This document shows, piece by piece, positions 45,076 to 56,203 of a stretch of 64,000 nucleotides of DNA. The position numbers and the translations under genes were made by a program. Under the pieces are notes generated by a model. That model was given only the letters and a program-made list of their open reading frames with translations. It did not search any database and was not told the origin of the DNA. The number at the start of each line of letters is the position of its first letter. Positions within the stretch are counted from its first letter, which is position 1. Origin of the DNA: an uncultured Actinomycetota bacterium (GTDB lineage Bacteria; Actinomycetota; Actinomycetes; Mycobacteriales; Mycobacteriaceae); contig CAWKNK010000011.1 of the NCBI GenBank assembly GCA_963850895.1, positions 117,841 through 181,840 on the forward strand, read 5' to 3'.

Positions 45076-45746
45076 ACCGAAAGCGCCGCGTCCAACACCG
45101 AATAGAACAGGCCCAGGCCGTCGTCGGAGGGGCCCGTGAGCGCTTCGATGGCGTGCTCGGGATGCGGCATCAGTCCGACGACACGACCGTTGGCGGAACT
45201 GACGCCGGCGATGTCATGCAGCGAGCCGTTGGGGTTGTCGTGGTAGCGGAACACCACCCGACCCTCGCCCTCGAGTTCCTCGACGACGTCGGCGGGGGCC
45301 ACGTAGCGGCCCTCTCCGGATTTCAGCGGCACCAGCAGGTCCGCGTCGGGCTCGAAACGCGACGTCCACGCCGTCGACGTCGACGCCACCCGCAGCCACA
45401 CATCGCGGCAGACGAAATGCAAACCGACGTTGCGGGTCAGGGCCCCGGGCAGCAGCCCGGCCTCGCACAGCACCTGAAACCCGTTGCAAATGCCCAACAC
45501 TGGCATGCCACGCTGTGCGGCGGCCACCACCTCGCCCATCACCGGGGCGAACCTGGCGATCGCCCCCGCCCGCAGGTAGTCGCCATAGGAGAAACCGCCG
45601 GGCACCACCACGGCGTCGACGCCCTTGAGGTCGGCGTCGGCATGCCACAAGCTGACCGCCTCGGCGCCGACACGCCGCGCCGCCCGGGCGGCGTCGACGT
45701 CGTCCAGCGTCCCCGGAAAGGTGATGATGCCGATTCGTGCCGTCAC
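45072..45746 (-). CDS. purQ: FGAM synthase glutaminase subunit
   Basis: [24 protein letters not shown]. Confidence 0.96.
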
Positions 45747-45982
45747 TGGGTCTCCCGGCTGATCGTCCAGTCCTCGATCACGGTGTTCGCCAACAGCGAT
45801 TCCGCTATCTCGGCGAGCATCGAATCGTCAACCGTGTCGTCCACTTCGAGTTCGAACCGCTTGCCCTGTCGGACATCTGAGATCCCCGGATGACCGAGTC
45901 GGCCCAGCGCGCCGACAATCGCCTGACCCTGCGGGTCGAGAATCTCCGCTTTGGGCATCACATGAACGACTACCCGGCCCAC
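45743..45982 (-). CDS. purS: FGAM synthase PurS subunit
   Basis: [26 protein letters not shown]. Confidence 0.95.
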   Translation of the reverse strand: MGRVVVHVMPKAEILDPQGQAIVGALGRLGHPGISDVRQGKRFELEVDDTVDDSMLAEIAESLLANTVIEDWTISRETQ

Positions 45983-46043
45983 CGGCGCTCCTCCTCAGAT
46001 CTGTCTCCGCGCCAACTCTACCGGCGAACGTGCAGTTCGACCG

Positions 46044-46721
46044 TCACGGGCACGAGGCAATGTAGGCCTCGCACAGGGGCGCGGTCATGGCGTTCAGCAC
46101 CGGGTCGTCCGCCATTGCCGGCCACGGCACCTGCGGCGGCCCCGACGACCAGAGCGTCAGCTCGCTGATCGTGCTGCTCGCCGGGTGGGCGACCAGGTAG
46201 GTGTGCATGACGACCGGACCGCTGATCACCGCGGCCATCCGGTTCGTTTCGTCGCTGGTGATCGAGGGTGATTGCACCGGCGCCCGTTGCTGGCAGGAGC
46301 GCAGCGCGGCGACGGCATCGCTGAACACCGACGCCGCGATGGCGCCGCCGCTCGCCGTGTCCCCGCGCCAGTGCAAGATCTGGGCCTGCAGCTGCCACTG
46401 CCCGTCCGGGTGGGCCACTGTGGCGCGTGCCACCACCGCCCAGTCGCGGGGATCCCGCGGCACCGGGGGTGTGGCACACAGCTCCTCGAACCGGAATCGA
46501 GGGCCGGGCGCCGCCCCGGTCACCTGCGCCGCCACGCCCGCCAGCGCGGGCCAGCCGTAAACCGAATCCAGCGGCACGGCGCGTCGCTGGATCCACGCGG
46601 AGTCGGGGATCTGGTCGCACACGGGCGGGCAGGTCTGCGGCTCGGCATGCGCGGGCACTACGGCGATGAAAGCCACCGCGAGGCCGCCGACCACCACCAT
46701 GGTCGCCAGGATCACCCGCAT
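46044..46721 (-). CDS. Secreted protein (Rv0787-like)
   Basis: Signal peptide ending AHA, CPPVCDQIP, C-terminal LCEAYIASCP; GGAGG RBS. Confidence 0.8.
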   Translation of the reverse strand: MRVILATMVVVGGLAVAFIAVVPAHAEPQTCPPVCDQIPDSAWIQRRAVPLDSVYGWPALAGVAAQVTGAAPGPRFRFEELCATPPVPRDPRDWAVVARATVAHPDGQWQLQAQILHWRGDTASGGAIAASVFSDAVAALRSCQQRAPVQSPSITSDETNRMAAVISGPVVMHTYLVAHPASSTISELTLWSSGPPQVPWPAMADDPVLNAMTAPLCEAYIASCP

Positions 46722-46754
46722 CGGCATCACCTCCGTCAGGGCACAATCGTAAAC

Positions 46755-47393
46755 ATGCAACTGACGCATTTCGGCCACTCCTGTCTACTTGCGGAATTCG
46801 ACCACACCCGGGTGCTCTTCGATCCTGGAACCTTCGCCCACGGTTTTGAGGGCATAACGGGGTTATCGGCCATCCTGATCACCCATCAACACCCCGACCA
46901 CGTCGACGGCACCCGCCTGCCGGCGCTGCTCGAGGGGAACCCGGACGCCGCGCTTTACGCCGATCCGCAAACCACCGCCCAGCTGGGCGCGCCGTGCCAG
47001 GCGGTGCACGTCGGTGACGAGCTGCGGATCGGTGAGCTGACGGTTCGCGCCGTCGGCGGCAAACACGCCGTCATTCACCCGGAACTCCCTGTGATCGAGA
47101 ACATTTCGTTTCTCGTTGGCGACGGCGACCATCGCGCCAGACTGATGCATCCCGGTGATGCGCTCTTCGTGCCCGACGAGCCGGTCGACGTGCTCGCGAC
47201 ACCGGCGGCCGCCCCGTGGATGAAAATCTCCGAGGCCGTCGACTACCTGCGCGCGGTGGCGCCGGCGCGCGCGGTGCCCATCCACCAAGGGATCATCGCC
47301 CCGGACGCGCGGGGCATCTACTACGGCCGGCTCACCGAGATGACCACCACCGACTTCCAAGTGCTCCCCGAAGAGGACGCGGTCCAGTTCTGA
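46755..47393 (+). CDS. Metallo-beta-lactamase-fold hydrolase (Rv0786c-like)
   Basis: MQLTHFGHSC, ITHQHPDH, HPGD, VPIH. Confidence 0.9.
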   Translation: MQLTHFGHSCLLAEFDHTRVLFDPGTFAHGFEGITGLSAILITHQHPDHVDGTRLPALLEGNPDAALYADPQTTAQLGAPCQAVHVGDELRIGELTVRAVGGKHAVIHPELPVIENISFLVGDGDHRARLMHPGDALFVPDEPVDVLATPAAAPWMKISEAVDYLRAVAPARAVPIHQGIIAPDARGIYYGRLTEMTTTDFQVLPEEDAVQF

Positions 47394-47408
47394 CCGCGAA
47401 CCTTCGAG

Positions 47409-49076
47409 CTAGGCGATGTCGTCGGCGACGCCGCGACCGGCGGCCCGCCCGGAGAAGATGCAACCGCCCAGGAACGTGCCTTCCAGGGCGCGGTAGCCGT
47501 GCACGCCGCCCCCGCCGAACCCGGCGACCTCACCGGCGGCGTACAGCCCGTTCAGGGGCGTGCCATCGGCCTTCAACACGCGGGAGGCCAGGTCGGTTTC
47601 TATGCCGCCCAACGTCTTTCGGGTCAGGATGTGCAGCTTGACCGCGATCATCGGCCCCGCCTTCGGATCGGTCAGCCGGTGCGGTGCCACCACCCGCCCC
47701 AGCCGGTCGCCCAGGTAGCCGCGGGCGGCGCGGATCGCGGTGATCTGGCCGTCCTTGCTGAACTTGTTGGCCACCTCGCGGTCGCGGGCGGTCACCTCGG
47801 CCTCCACCGTGGAGTAGTCCAGCGGCGTCACGGCGGGCAGTTTGTTCATCGCGGTCACCAACTCCCGCAACGAATTTGCGCTGACGAAGTCCACTCCCCT
47901 GTCGACGAATGCCTGCACCGGCCCCGGCGGCCCAGAGCGCGCGCGGTTACGCAGCAGCGCGCGCAGGCTCCGCCCGGTCAGATCGGGATTCTGCTCCTGC
48001 CCCGAGAGCGCGAATTCCTTCTCAATGATCTTGGCGTTCAACACAAACCAGGTATAGTCATACCCCGATTTGGTGATGTATTCCAGCGTGCCGAGCGTGT
48101 CGAAACCGGGGTACAACGGAACCGGCAACCGCTTGCCGGTCGCGTCGAGCCATAGCGACGACGGCCCCGGAATGATGCGGATCCCGTGTAGCGGCCAGAT
48201 CGGCTCGTAGTTGGTGATGCCCTCGGTGTAGTGCCACATCCGGTCCGGGTTGATCACCCGCGCACCGGCCTGCTGGGAGATGCCGACCATCCTGCCGTCA
48301 ACGTGAGCAGGCACCCCGCTGAGTAACTGCTCGGGTATGCGGCCCATGCGCTCCGGCCAATTCTTGCGCACCAGCTCGTGGTTGCCGCCAATGCCGCCGC
48401 TGGTGACGATCACCGCGGGCGCGCGGAACTCGAATTGCCCCATGGCCGTTCGTGACGACGCCACGCCCCTCGACGCGGCCGATTGCTTCAGCACGGTGCC
48501 CCGGACGCCGGTCACCGCGCCACCCTCGACGATCAACTCGTCGACCTGGTGGCGGTGCGCAAAGCGCACTGTCGAGCGGTCCCGCAGCTGACGGGCGAAG
48601 ATCTCGACCAAAGCGGGCCCGGTGCCCCAGGTGATGTGGAAGCGGGGTACCGAATTGCCATGCCCCTGCGCGTCATACCCGCCACGTTCGGCCCAGCCCA
48701 CCAGCGGAAAAATCTTGAGTCCCCGGTCGCGCAGCCAACGGCGTTTCTCCCCCGCCGCAAAATCGACGTAGGCGTGCGCCCATTGGCGTGGCCAGTAGTC
48801 CTCGGGCCGATCGAACGCCGCGGTACCGAGCCAGTCCTGCAGGGCCAGTTCATGACTGTCGCGAATCCCCAGACGACGCTGTTCGGGGCTGTCGACGAAG
48901 AACAAGCCGCCGAACGACCAGAAGGCCTGCCCACCCAGGTTGGCGCTGTTCTCCTGGTCGAGGATCAGCACCCGCAGGCCCCGGTCCACCATCTCGCAGG
49001 CGGCCACCAACCCGGCGAGTCCCGCCCCGACGACGATGGCGTCGGCGCCCAACCCCGCGGCCGAAGAATCGCTCAT
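47409..49076 (-). CDS. FAD-binding dehydrogenase (Rv0785-like)
   Basis: VGAGLAG, RKTLGG, GLYAAGE, LGGCIFSG. Confidence 0.9.
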   Translation of the reverse strand: MSDSSAAGLGADAIVVGAGLAGLVAACEMVDRGLRVLILDQENSANLGGQAFWSFGGLFFVDSPEQRRLGIRDSHELALQDWLGTAAFDRPEDYWPRQWAHAYVDFAAGEKRRWLRDRGLKIFPLVGWAERGGYDAQGHGNSVPRFHITWGTGPALVEIFARQLRDRSTVRFAHRHQVDELIVEGGAVTGVRGTVLKQSAASRGVASSRTAMGQFEFRAPAVIVTSGGIGGNHELVRKNWPERMGRIPEQLLSGVPAHVDGRMVGISQQAGARVINPDRMWHYTEGITNYEPIWPLHGIRIIPGPSSLWLDATGKRLPVPLYPGFDTLGTLEYITKSGYDYTWFVLNAKIIEKEFALSGQEQNPDLTGRSLRALLRNRARSGPPGPVQAFVDRGVDFVSANSLRELVTAMNKLPAVTPLDYSTVEAEVTARDREVANKFSKDGQITAIRAARGYLGDRLGRVVAPHRLTDPKAGPMIAVKLHILTRKTLGGIETDLASRVLKADGTPLNGLYAAGEVAGFGGGGVHGYRALEGTFLGGCIFSGRAAGRGVADDIA

Positions 49077-49124
49077 GTCGGACCAGGGTAATGCCCGCGA
49101 CGGGCGAGTTGAGCAGACGATTCG

Positions 49125-49829
49125 TCAGGCCGCGTCGAGAATCGCCTTGTCGCGCCGCCACCGGTACACCGTCGGTGCGCAGCCGTGCATCAACGACAGA
49201 TCGACGGCGTCCACCATCGCCTGTAGGGGGCCCGGTTTGCGCAGGTGGCGAGCGGCGACGGCGACCCGCACCACGCCGCCGCGGCGGGCGATCCGCTCGG
49301 CGGACAGCACTACCATCCGGCACCACCACGGTTCGGTGAGAAAGCCCTCCCCGATGCCCAATACGCGGGAGCGGACGGTGGTGTGCCGAACCAGGTCCGT
49401 GACGCCGTGCAGGTCGGCGAGCATCCGAAAGCCGTTGTCCGGCAACGCCTTGACGACGCCCGGGGACACCACCCAGCCCGGTGCCGCGAACAGCCGAGTG
49501 CGCAGACCGAGGTGCTCGAGTACCCGGTCGGCGGCCATCAGCCGCAGGTTGGCCTCGTGCGCGCGAAGGATGGCGAATTCGCCGCGGCGCTTTTTGGTGG
49601 CCGCGTCGTCATAGCCGTGCAGCACGAGGGCGTCGCCGCCGGACCGGCGGTCGGTCAGCCATTCGACCGTGCGCGGGTCGTGGTCGAGTCGATAGTCACC
49701 ACTCAGCCGGGGAGCCACCAACAGCGACACCGGCACGTTGCGGGCATCCATTTGCGCGCAGAACGCCTCGACGTCAGCCAGGGTGCGTTCGCCTATCCCC
49801 GAGACCGAGACGATCAATTTTCCAGCCAC
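49125..49829 (-). CDS. DUF2334 / deacetylase-like protein (Rv0784-like)
   Basis: LVLHGYD, FAAPGW; synteny. Confidence 0.8.
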   Translation of the reverse strand: MAGKLIVSVSGIGERTLADVEAFCAQMDARNVPVSLLVAPRLSGDYRLDHDPRTVEWLTDRRSGGDALVLHGYDDAATKKRRGEFAILRAHEANLRLMAADRVLEHLGLRTRLFAAPGWVVSPGVVKALPDNGFRMLADLHGVTDLVRHTTVRSRVLGIGEGFLTEPWWCRMVVLSAERIARRGGVVRVAVAARHLRKPGPLQAMVDAVDLSLMHGCAPTVYRWRRDKAILDAA

Positions 49830-49974
49830 ACCCGCAGTTTGACGATCTCAGGTGTCGGAATGGTGAAGGACACGCAGACGGCAGGCGTATATCGGTACCG
49901 CCGGGCAGCAGGTCCTGCCGATCCGCGCCGCGCGGCAAAGGCCTGCCGGCGTCGGCGGGGGGAATCGGTTCGAT

Positions 49975-51594
49975 ATGCTAAGCAACGCCATGGATCAGGC
50001 CCCGTACGCAGCGGCCGACACCCCGCTGCCCTACGCCCCCGCCCCGCAGCTGGGCGCGGGTGAGCGGGACTACCCCGACAAGCTGGACGCCGGACTGTTG
50101 CGGATTTCCGGCGTATGCATCCTGGCCACGGTGATGGCGATCGTGGACGTCACCGTTGTCAGCGTCGCGCAGCGCACCTTCATCGACCAATTTGCGTCCT
50201 CACAGGCGGTCGTCGCATGGACGATGACCGGCTACACGCTGGCGCTGGCGACCGTGATCCCGATAACCGGGTGGGCGGCCGACCGGTTCGGCACCAAACG
50301 ACTTTTCATGGGCTCCGTGCTCGCCTTCACGCTGGGCTCCCTGCTGTGCGCTCTGGCCGCAAATATCTTGCAGCTCATCGTCTTTCGGGTGGCCCAAGGC
50401 ATCGGCGGCGGCATGCTGCTGCCCCTGAGTTTCATGATCTTGACCCGCGAATCGGGCCCGCGGCGGCTCGGTCGCCTGATGTCGATCCTGAGCATCCCGA
50501 TGCTGCTCGCCCCGATCTGTGGCCCCATCCTGGGGGGCTGGCTCATCGGCACCTCCAGCTGGCGATGGATCTTCCTGATCAACCTGCCGATCGGACTCGT
50601 CACCATCGTGCTCGCGGTAATCATTTTTCCCAGGGATCACGCGGCGCGGTCGGAAACCTTCGACCTCGTCGGCGTGCTGCTGCTCTCGCCCGGCCTGGCC
50701 ACGTTCCTGTTCGCGGTGTCGTCCATCCCGCGTTGCGGCACCGTTGCCGACCGCCACGTGCTGATACCGGCGACCATCGGGCTGGCGCTGATCGCCGGGT
50801 TCGTCGCGCACGCCTGGCACCGGGCCGACCACCCCCTCATCGATCTGCGGTTGTTTCGCAACCCGGTGCTCACGCACGCCAATGTGACGATGCTGGTTTT
50901 CGCCACCGCCTTTTTCGGCGCCGGCTTGCTGCTGCCGAGTTACTTTCAACAAGTCCTGCACCAAACGCCGATGCAGGCGGGCCTGCGCATGATCCCCCAG
51001 GGCCTCGGCGCCATGCTGACCATGCGGCTGACCGGGCCGTTGGTGGACCGACAGGGGCCCGGGAAGATCGTGCTGGTCGGCATCGCGCTGATCACCGCGG
51101 GCCTGGGCACCTTCGCCTTCGGCGTGGCCCGGCAGGCCGACTACCTGCCCACGCTGCTGGTCGGGCTGGCGATCATGGGCCTGGGCATGGGCTGCACCAT
51201 GATGCCCCTGTCCGTCGCTTCGGTGCAGGCGCTGGCCCCGCACCAGATCGCCCGGGGCACGACGCTGATGAGCGTCAGCCATCAGGTGGGCGGCTCGGTG
51301 GGCACCGCCGTGATGTCGATGATCCTGACCAATCAGTTCAATAGAAGTGAAAACATCGTTGCCGCGAACAAGCTTGCCGCTCTGCAGCAGCAATCCGCCG
51401 TCAGCGGGGTGCCGGTCGACCAGTCCGCAATACCGCCGCAGGCGCTGGGCGCCGGCTTTTTGGGCAATGTGGTGCACGACCTTTCCCACGCCTATACGGC
51501 GGTATTTGTGATCGCGGTGGCGTTGGTGGTGTTCACCATCATTCCGGCGTCGTTTCTACCGAAAAAGCCGGCGAGCCAAACAGTCGGCGAATAA
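49975..51594 (+). CDS. emrB: DHA2 MFS efflux pump EmrB (Rv0783c-like)
   Basis: GWAADRFG, FRVAQGIGGG, GPILGG, WRWIFLINLP; many TM segments. Confidence 0.92.
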   Translation: MLSNAMDQAPYAAADTPLPYAPAPQLGAGERDYPDKLDAGLLRISGVCILATVMAIVDVTVVSVAQRTFIDQFASSQAVVAWTMTGYTLALATVIPITGWAADRFGTKRLFMGSVLAFTLGSLLCALAANILQLIVFRVAQGIGGGMLLPLSFMILTRESGPRRLGRLMSILSIPMLLAPICGPILGGWLIGTSSWRWIFLINLPIGLVTIVLAVIIFPRDHAARSETFDLVGVLLLSPGLATFLFAVSSIPRCGTVADRHVLIPATIGLALIAGFVAHAWHRADHPLIDLRLFRNPVLTHANVTMLVFATAFFGAGLLLPSYFQQVLHQTPMQAGLRMIPQGLGAMLTMRLTGPLVDRQGPGKIVLVGIALITAGLGTFAFGVARQADYLPTLLVGLAIMGLGMGCTMMPLSVASVQALAPHQIARGTTLMSVSHQVGGSVGTAVMSMILTNQFNRSENIVAANKLAALQQQSAVSGVPVDQSAIPPQALGAGFLGNVVHDLSHAYTAVFVIAVALVVFTIIPASFLPKKPASQTVGE

Positions 51595-51906
51595 TGACGC
51601 CGATTTCGCCCGTCGAGCCCGCGGCAGCCAGTGCAGCGGCGAGCATGCAATGGGTGAACAGCTCCACGCGGCCGGACGCACATTAGCTAAGCCCACCTAG
51701 GCGCAAGGCCGGCGTCGACGGCGGCTAGGGGTGCCGGAACTACCAGTACGCTGCCATGCTCAATCTGCCGGTCACATGCCCAGTGCTGCGAGGTCTTGAG
51801 CCGTTCACCGGACCGGTCGATGCGCGATCGGTCCGTTGTCGAAAGCGACGACCAAAAACGCCCCCGGCCAGCGGGTTAGCGGCCTACACGGAGCCAAACG
51901 CCTAAA

Positions 51907-52371
51907 AGCAGCTACTTCCAGCTTGTGGTGCATCAGACGCCCATGCAGGCTGGGCTGCACTTGGCGCCGGTGGGACTGGGCGCGCTGGTAACCCTGCCGC
52001 TCGCGGGGGCGTACATGGACAGATCGCCCGGGGAACCACGCTGGTCAGCGTCAATCAGCAGCTGGGCGGCTCGATAGGAGCCGCCTTGATGGCAGTGGTC
52101 TTGACCAATCAGTTCACCAGCGACGAAACCCTGGTCGCCGCGGGCAAGCTGGCCGCACTGCAGGACGAAGCCAACAAACGCGGGGCTGCCGGTCGACCCG
52201 TCGGCAATCCCACGGCAGGCCCTCTCCCCCGATTTCACCAGCCATGTGATGCATAACCTTTCTCAGGTCTACACGCTGGTGTTTGTGCTGGCCGTCGCCC
52301 TGGTGGCGTTCACGATCATCCCAGCGGCCTTTCTGCCGAGGAAGCCACCGAGCCCTGTGGTCGGCGAATAG
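51907..52371 (+). pseudogene. Truncated, internally deleted second emrB paralogue
   Basis: SYFQLVVHQTPMQAGL...MDR joined to ARGTTLVSVNQQLGG...PAAFLPRKP, paralleling the emrB C-terminus. Confidence 0.8.
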
Positions 52372-52447
52372 CGCGACGAACCGTCGAACAGCATCGTCGC
52401 GATCCGCCGCGCCGTGTCCCAATCCACCCACATGGATGACGACGCAG

Positions 52448-54634
52448 CTACCGCTGCGGACCGCCACCGAGATCGTCTTTCTCGCCGCCGCGATTGTGGT
52501 GGCCATCGGCGACAGCCAATAGCCAGGCGTATTGAAATGCGGTTTCCTGCCACGCCTTATAGCGACCACTGACTCCGCCGTGTCCGGCGTTCATCTGGGT
52601 CTTCAGCAGGATCGGAATGCCGTTGGCGTTCGCGTGCCGCAACGCTGCCACCCACTTGGCGGGCTCGACGTAGTAGACCCTGGTGTCGTTCAAGGAAGTC
52701 ATCGCCAGAATGGCCGGATACTGCCTGGCCTCGACGTTCTCATAGGGCGAATATGACTTCATGTAGGAGTAGACATCCTTGTCCTGCAATGGGTTTCCCC
52801 ATTCGTCCCATTCGGTGACGGTCAGCGGCAAGGACGGATCGAGGATCGTGGTCAGCGGGTCCACGAACGGGACCTGCGCGAGGATTCCGGCGAAGAGATC
52901 CGGCGCCAGGTTGGCCACCGCCCCCATCAGCAGGCCGCCCGCGCTGCCACCCAGCGCCACCAACTGATGAGGTCGGGTGACTCCGGTTTCGACCAGGTGC
53001 CTCGCCACCGCGACGAAGTCGGTGAAGGTGTTCTTCTTCTCCAACAGCTTGCCGTGCTCGTACCACGGCCGGCCCATCTCACCGCCACCGCGGACGTGGG
53101 CGATGACGAACACCATGCCGCGGTCCAGCAGCGACAGCCGAGCAATGGAGAAGCTGGGGTCGGTGCATATTTCGTAGGCGCCATAGCCGTAAAGCAAGGC
53201 CGGCGCGGGAAATTCGATACCGGCGCGGTGCACGATGGACACCGGGATCCGGGTGCCGTCGTCCGCAAGCGCCCAGTCGCGCCGCTCTACGTAGTCGGCG
53301 GTGCGGTAACCGCCGAGCACCGGTTGCTCACGCAGCAAAGTGCGCTCACCGGTGGCAAAGTCGATGTCGTATACCCGCGCCGGGACGACCAGCGACCCCG
53401 CTCTGATCCGCAGCTTGGGCGCATCCCAGCTCGGGTTGCCGGCGAGACCGGCCGACATCAGCTCGGAGTCGAACGAAATCTCCTCGGGCTCACCGTACTC
53501 CCCGTCGGGATCGATGCTCCACACCTGGAGCCGGGGCAGCGCCTCCCGCCGGTAGCTGACCACCAGATGGCCGGCGAAGGCATCCACCCCGTCGAGCCGC
53601 ACGTCGTCGCGGTGCGGGATCAGGGTGCGCTGCTGAGTCGGATCGCTGACCGGCGCTTCGGTCAGCGTGAAGTTGACCGCGTCCTCGTTGTGCAGAATCA
53701 AGAACCGGTCCTGCCCGCCGACCACCGCGTGCTCGACCGCGTACTCGACGCCTTCGCGCCGTGGCAGCACGACGGTGAACCGTGCGTGCGGATCAGCGGC
53801 GTCGGCGTACCGGAACTCCGAGGTGATAGAGGAACCCGATGCGATGAAGACGTAGGCCTCGCTACGGGTGAGCCCCACGCCAAGCCAAAACCGTTCGTCG
53901 GCCTCGTGATACACCAACTCCGACGGCTCGCCGGAGCCCACACGGTAGCGCCAGACCTTATCGGGGCGGTGGGCCGCATCCAGGGTCAGGTAGTACACGG
54001 TGAGGTTGTCGGCCGCCCAGGTCGCGCCCGCCCCGATGTCGGCGATCTCGTCCGGATAGAGCTCACCGGTGCGCAAGTCCTTGAAGCGCAGTGTATAGCG
54101 TTCGTCGCCGACGACGTCGACCGAGTATGCCAGCAGATTTCCGTCGAGGCTTACCGTGGCGGCACCGAGCGCGAAGAACTCGTGGCCCTGCGCCTCGGCG
54201 TTCGAGTCGAGCAGGATTTGCTCGCCGGGTATTTCGGTGTCCTCGTCCAGCGTCGGCGGATCCCAGTCATCGGGATCGCTTACCGGACAGCGGCACTGGA
54301 CCCGGTACTGCTTTCCTTCGTAGGTGCGGGCGTAATACCACCAGTCGCCCTGCCGCGTCGGGACCGACAGGTCGGTCTCCTTGGTACGGGCCTTGATCTC
54401 ATCAAAGATCTTCTTCCGCAACGGTTCGAGATCAGCCGTCATCCGATCCACGTAGTCGTTTTCCGCCTCGAGGTAGGCGATGACTTCGGGGTCGGACTTA
54501 TCGCGCAGCCACTCATAGGGGTCGATGAAGACGTCCCCGTGATGCTCGCGTCGGGTCTCCCGCCGCTTGGCGACGGGCGCCACTGGGGGTACGCCCCGCT
54601 TGCGGGGGCGTGCACGGGCGGGTGTTTCCGTCAT
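52448..54634 (-). CDS. ptrB: Oligopeptidase B (S9A), intact
   Basis: [30 protein letters not shown]. Confidence 0.94.
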   Translation of the reverse strand: MTETPARARPRKRGVPPVAPVAKRRETRREHHGDVFIDPYEWLRDKSDPEVIAYLEAENDYVDRMTADLEPLRKKIFDEIKARTKETDLSVPTRQGDWWYYARTYEGKQYRVQCRCPVSDPDDWDPPTLDEDTEIPGEQILLDSNAEAQGHEFFALGAATVSLDGNLLAYSVDVVGDERYTLRFKDLRTGELYPDEIADIGAGATWAADNLTVYYLTLDAAHRPDKVWRYRVGSGEPSELVYHEADERFWLGVGLTRSEAYVFIASGSSITSEFRYADAADPHARFTVVLPRREGVEYAVEHAVVGGQDRFLILHNEDAVNFTLTEAPVSDPTQQRTLIPHRDDVRLDGVDAFAGHLVVSYRREALPRLQVWSIDPDGEYGEPEEISFDSELMSAGLAGNPSWDAPKLRIRAGSLVVPARVYDIDFATGERTLLREQPVLGGYRTADYVERRDWALADDGTRIPVSIVHRAGIEFPAPALLYGYGAYEICTDPSFSIARLSLLDRGMVFVIAHVRGGGEMGRPWYEHGKLLEKKNTFTDFVAVARHLVETGVTRPHQLVALGGSAGGLLMGAVANLAPDLFAGILAQVPFVDPLTTILDPSLPLTVTEWDEWGNPLQDKDVYSYMKSYSPYENVEARQYPAILAMTSLNDTRVYYVEPAKWVAALRHANANGIPILLKTQMNAGHGGVSGRYKAWQETAFQYAWLLAVADGHHNRGGEKDDLGGGPQR

Positions 54635-55518
54635 GCGCCGATCCAGTCACCGAAGCTCAACCCGGAAATGCGTTCGTAGGCATCGATATAGCGGTCCCGA
54701 GTGGCGTCGATGATGTGGTCGGGCAGTGGGGGTGGTGGTTGCGAGCCGTGGCGGTCCCAGCCGGACTCGGGGCTGGTGAGCCAGTTGCGGACGAACTGCT
54801 TGTCGAAACTGGTCTGCACCTCGCCAACCCGGTAATCCTCGGCCGGCCAATAGCGCGACGAGTCCGGGGTGAAGATCTCGTCGGCCAGCAGCAGGTTCCC
54901 GTCGCGGTCGGTGCCGAACTCAAACTTTGTGTCGGCGATGATGATTCCCCTCGTCAGGGCGTGATCGGCGGCCTGGACATAGATCTGCAACGTGCGGTCG
55001 CGCAGCTGATTGGCGCGCACCCCGCCCACCAACTCGACCACCCGGGAAAATGAGATGTTCTCGTCATGGTCTCCCAGTGCGGCTTTGGTCGCCGGCGTGA
55101 ACAGCGGTTCGGAGAACTTGCTTGCCTCGACCAAACCGGGCGGCAAGGTGATGCCGCAGACCTTTCCGGTCGCCTGATAGTCCAGCAATCCCGACCCGGT
55201 CAGGTAACCGCGCGCCACACACTCCACCGGCAGCATGTCCAGCCGCCGCACCACCAACCCACGGCCCAGGACCTCGTCGGGGATGCGTGGGTCATCCGGT
55301 GGCCCGGCCAGATGGTTCGGGGCGTCGACCAGACCGAAGAAGAAGACGCTCATCGCGGTCAGGATGCGGCCCTTGTCCGGGATCGTGCTGTCGAGGACGT
55401 AGTCGTACGCCGAGATCCGGTCGGTCGCGACCAGCAGCAGGTTTTCGTCGTCGACGCGGTAGATCTCGCGGACCTTGCCGCTGGCCAGGTGCTGGTAGTC
55501 GGACAGTGCAGGGCGCAT
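54631..55518 (-). CDS. purC: SAICAR synthase
   Basis: [30 protein letters not shown]. Confidence 0.96.
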   Translation of the reverse strand: MRPALSDYQHLASGKVREIYRVDDENLLLVATDRISAYDYVLDSTIPDKGRILTAMSVFFFGLVDAPNHLAGPPDDPRIPDEVLGRGLVVRRLDMLPVECVARGYLTGSGLLDYQATGKVCGITLPPGLVEASKFSEPLFTPATKAALGDHDENISFSRVVELVGGVRANQLRDRTLQIYVQAADHALTRGIIIADTKFEFGTDRDGNLLLADEIFTPDSSRYWPAEDYRVGEVQTSFDKQFVRNWLTSPESGWDRHGSQPPPPLPDHIIDATRDRYIDAYERISGLSFGDWIGA

Positions 55519-55582
55519 CGGTTCAGCCTATCGGGCACCCGGAACGGGGCCGTGGGTCGGGAGCTGTGCTGTGATCGAGACT

Positions 55583-56203
55583 ATGACACCGCGGTTCTTG
55601 CCTTACTCCACCAGACCTGGCCGGCTGATGGCCCAGCTGCTCAGCGACTTCGCCGTCGTCCTGTGGACGGCACTCTGGCTGCTCGTCGGCCTGGCGGTTT
55701 ACGACGCTGTGTCGACTATCGCCGCGGCCGGCCGGCAGGTCGAGAGCGGTGCGCACGGCATCGCCGGCAATCTAGCCTCGGCCGGCCACGGCGCCCAGCG
55801 TATCCCCGTAGTGGGGGACGCGGTCAGCGAGCCGCTGAAGTCCGCCAGCCAGGCCGCGCTGGACATTGCGGGCGCGGGCCACGACCTGGACTCCACCGCG
55901 AGCTGGTTGGCGGTCCTGCTGGCGATGGCCGTCGTCGCAGTCCCGATCCTGATAGCGGACGTACCGTGGCTTTTCCTGCGGCTGCGGTTCTTTCGACGCA
56001 AATTGACGGTGAGCGCCCTGGCCGCAACGCCGGCCGGCGAGCAGCTGCTGGCCCTGCGGGCGTTGACGAACCGGCCGCCGGGAAAGCTCGTCGCGGTCAG
56101 CGTGGATCCGGTCGGTGGTTGGCGCCGGGAGGATCCGGTGACCATCCGGGCCCTGGCCGCGCTCGAATTACGGGCGGCCGGCATCTCGATTGGCGGGGTG
56201 TAG
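55583..56203 (+). CDS. Membrane protein (Rv0779c-like)
   Basis: Two TM segments, LLALRALTNRP, ALAALEL; synteny. Confidence 0.8.
   Translation: MTPRFLPYSTRPGRLMAQLLSDFAVVLWTALWLLVGLAVYDAVSTIAAAGRQVESGAHGIAGNLASAGHGAQRIPVVGDAVSEPLKSASQAALDIAGAGHDLDSTASWLAVLLAMAVVAVPILIADVPWLFLRLRFFRRKLTVSALAATPAGEQLLALRALTNRPPGKLVAVSVDPVGGWRREDPVTIRALAALELRAAGISIGGV

Noticed and set aside
46272..46754. Long N-terminal extension of the MBL hydrolase
   Set aside because: Antisense to the Rv0787-like gene; family start is MQLTHFGHSC at 46755
52448..54634. ptrB novelty
   Set aside because: Intact ptrB is the normal state; the split form is an M. tuberculosis feature
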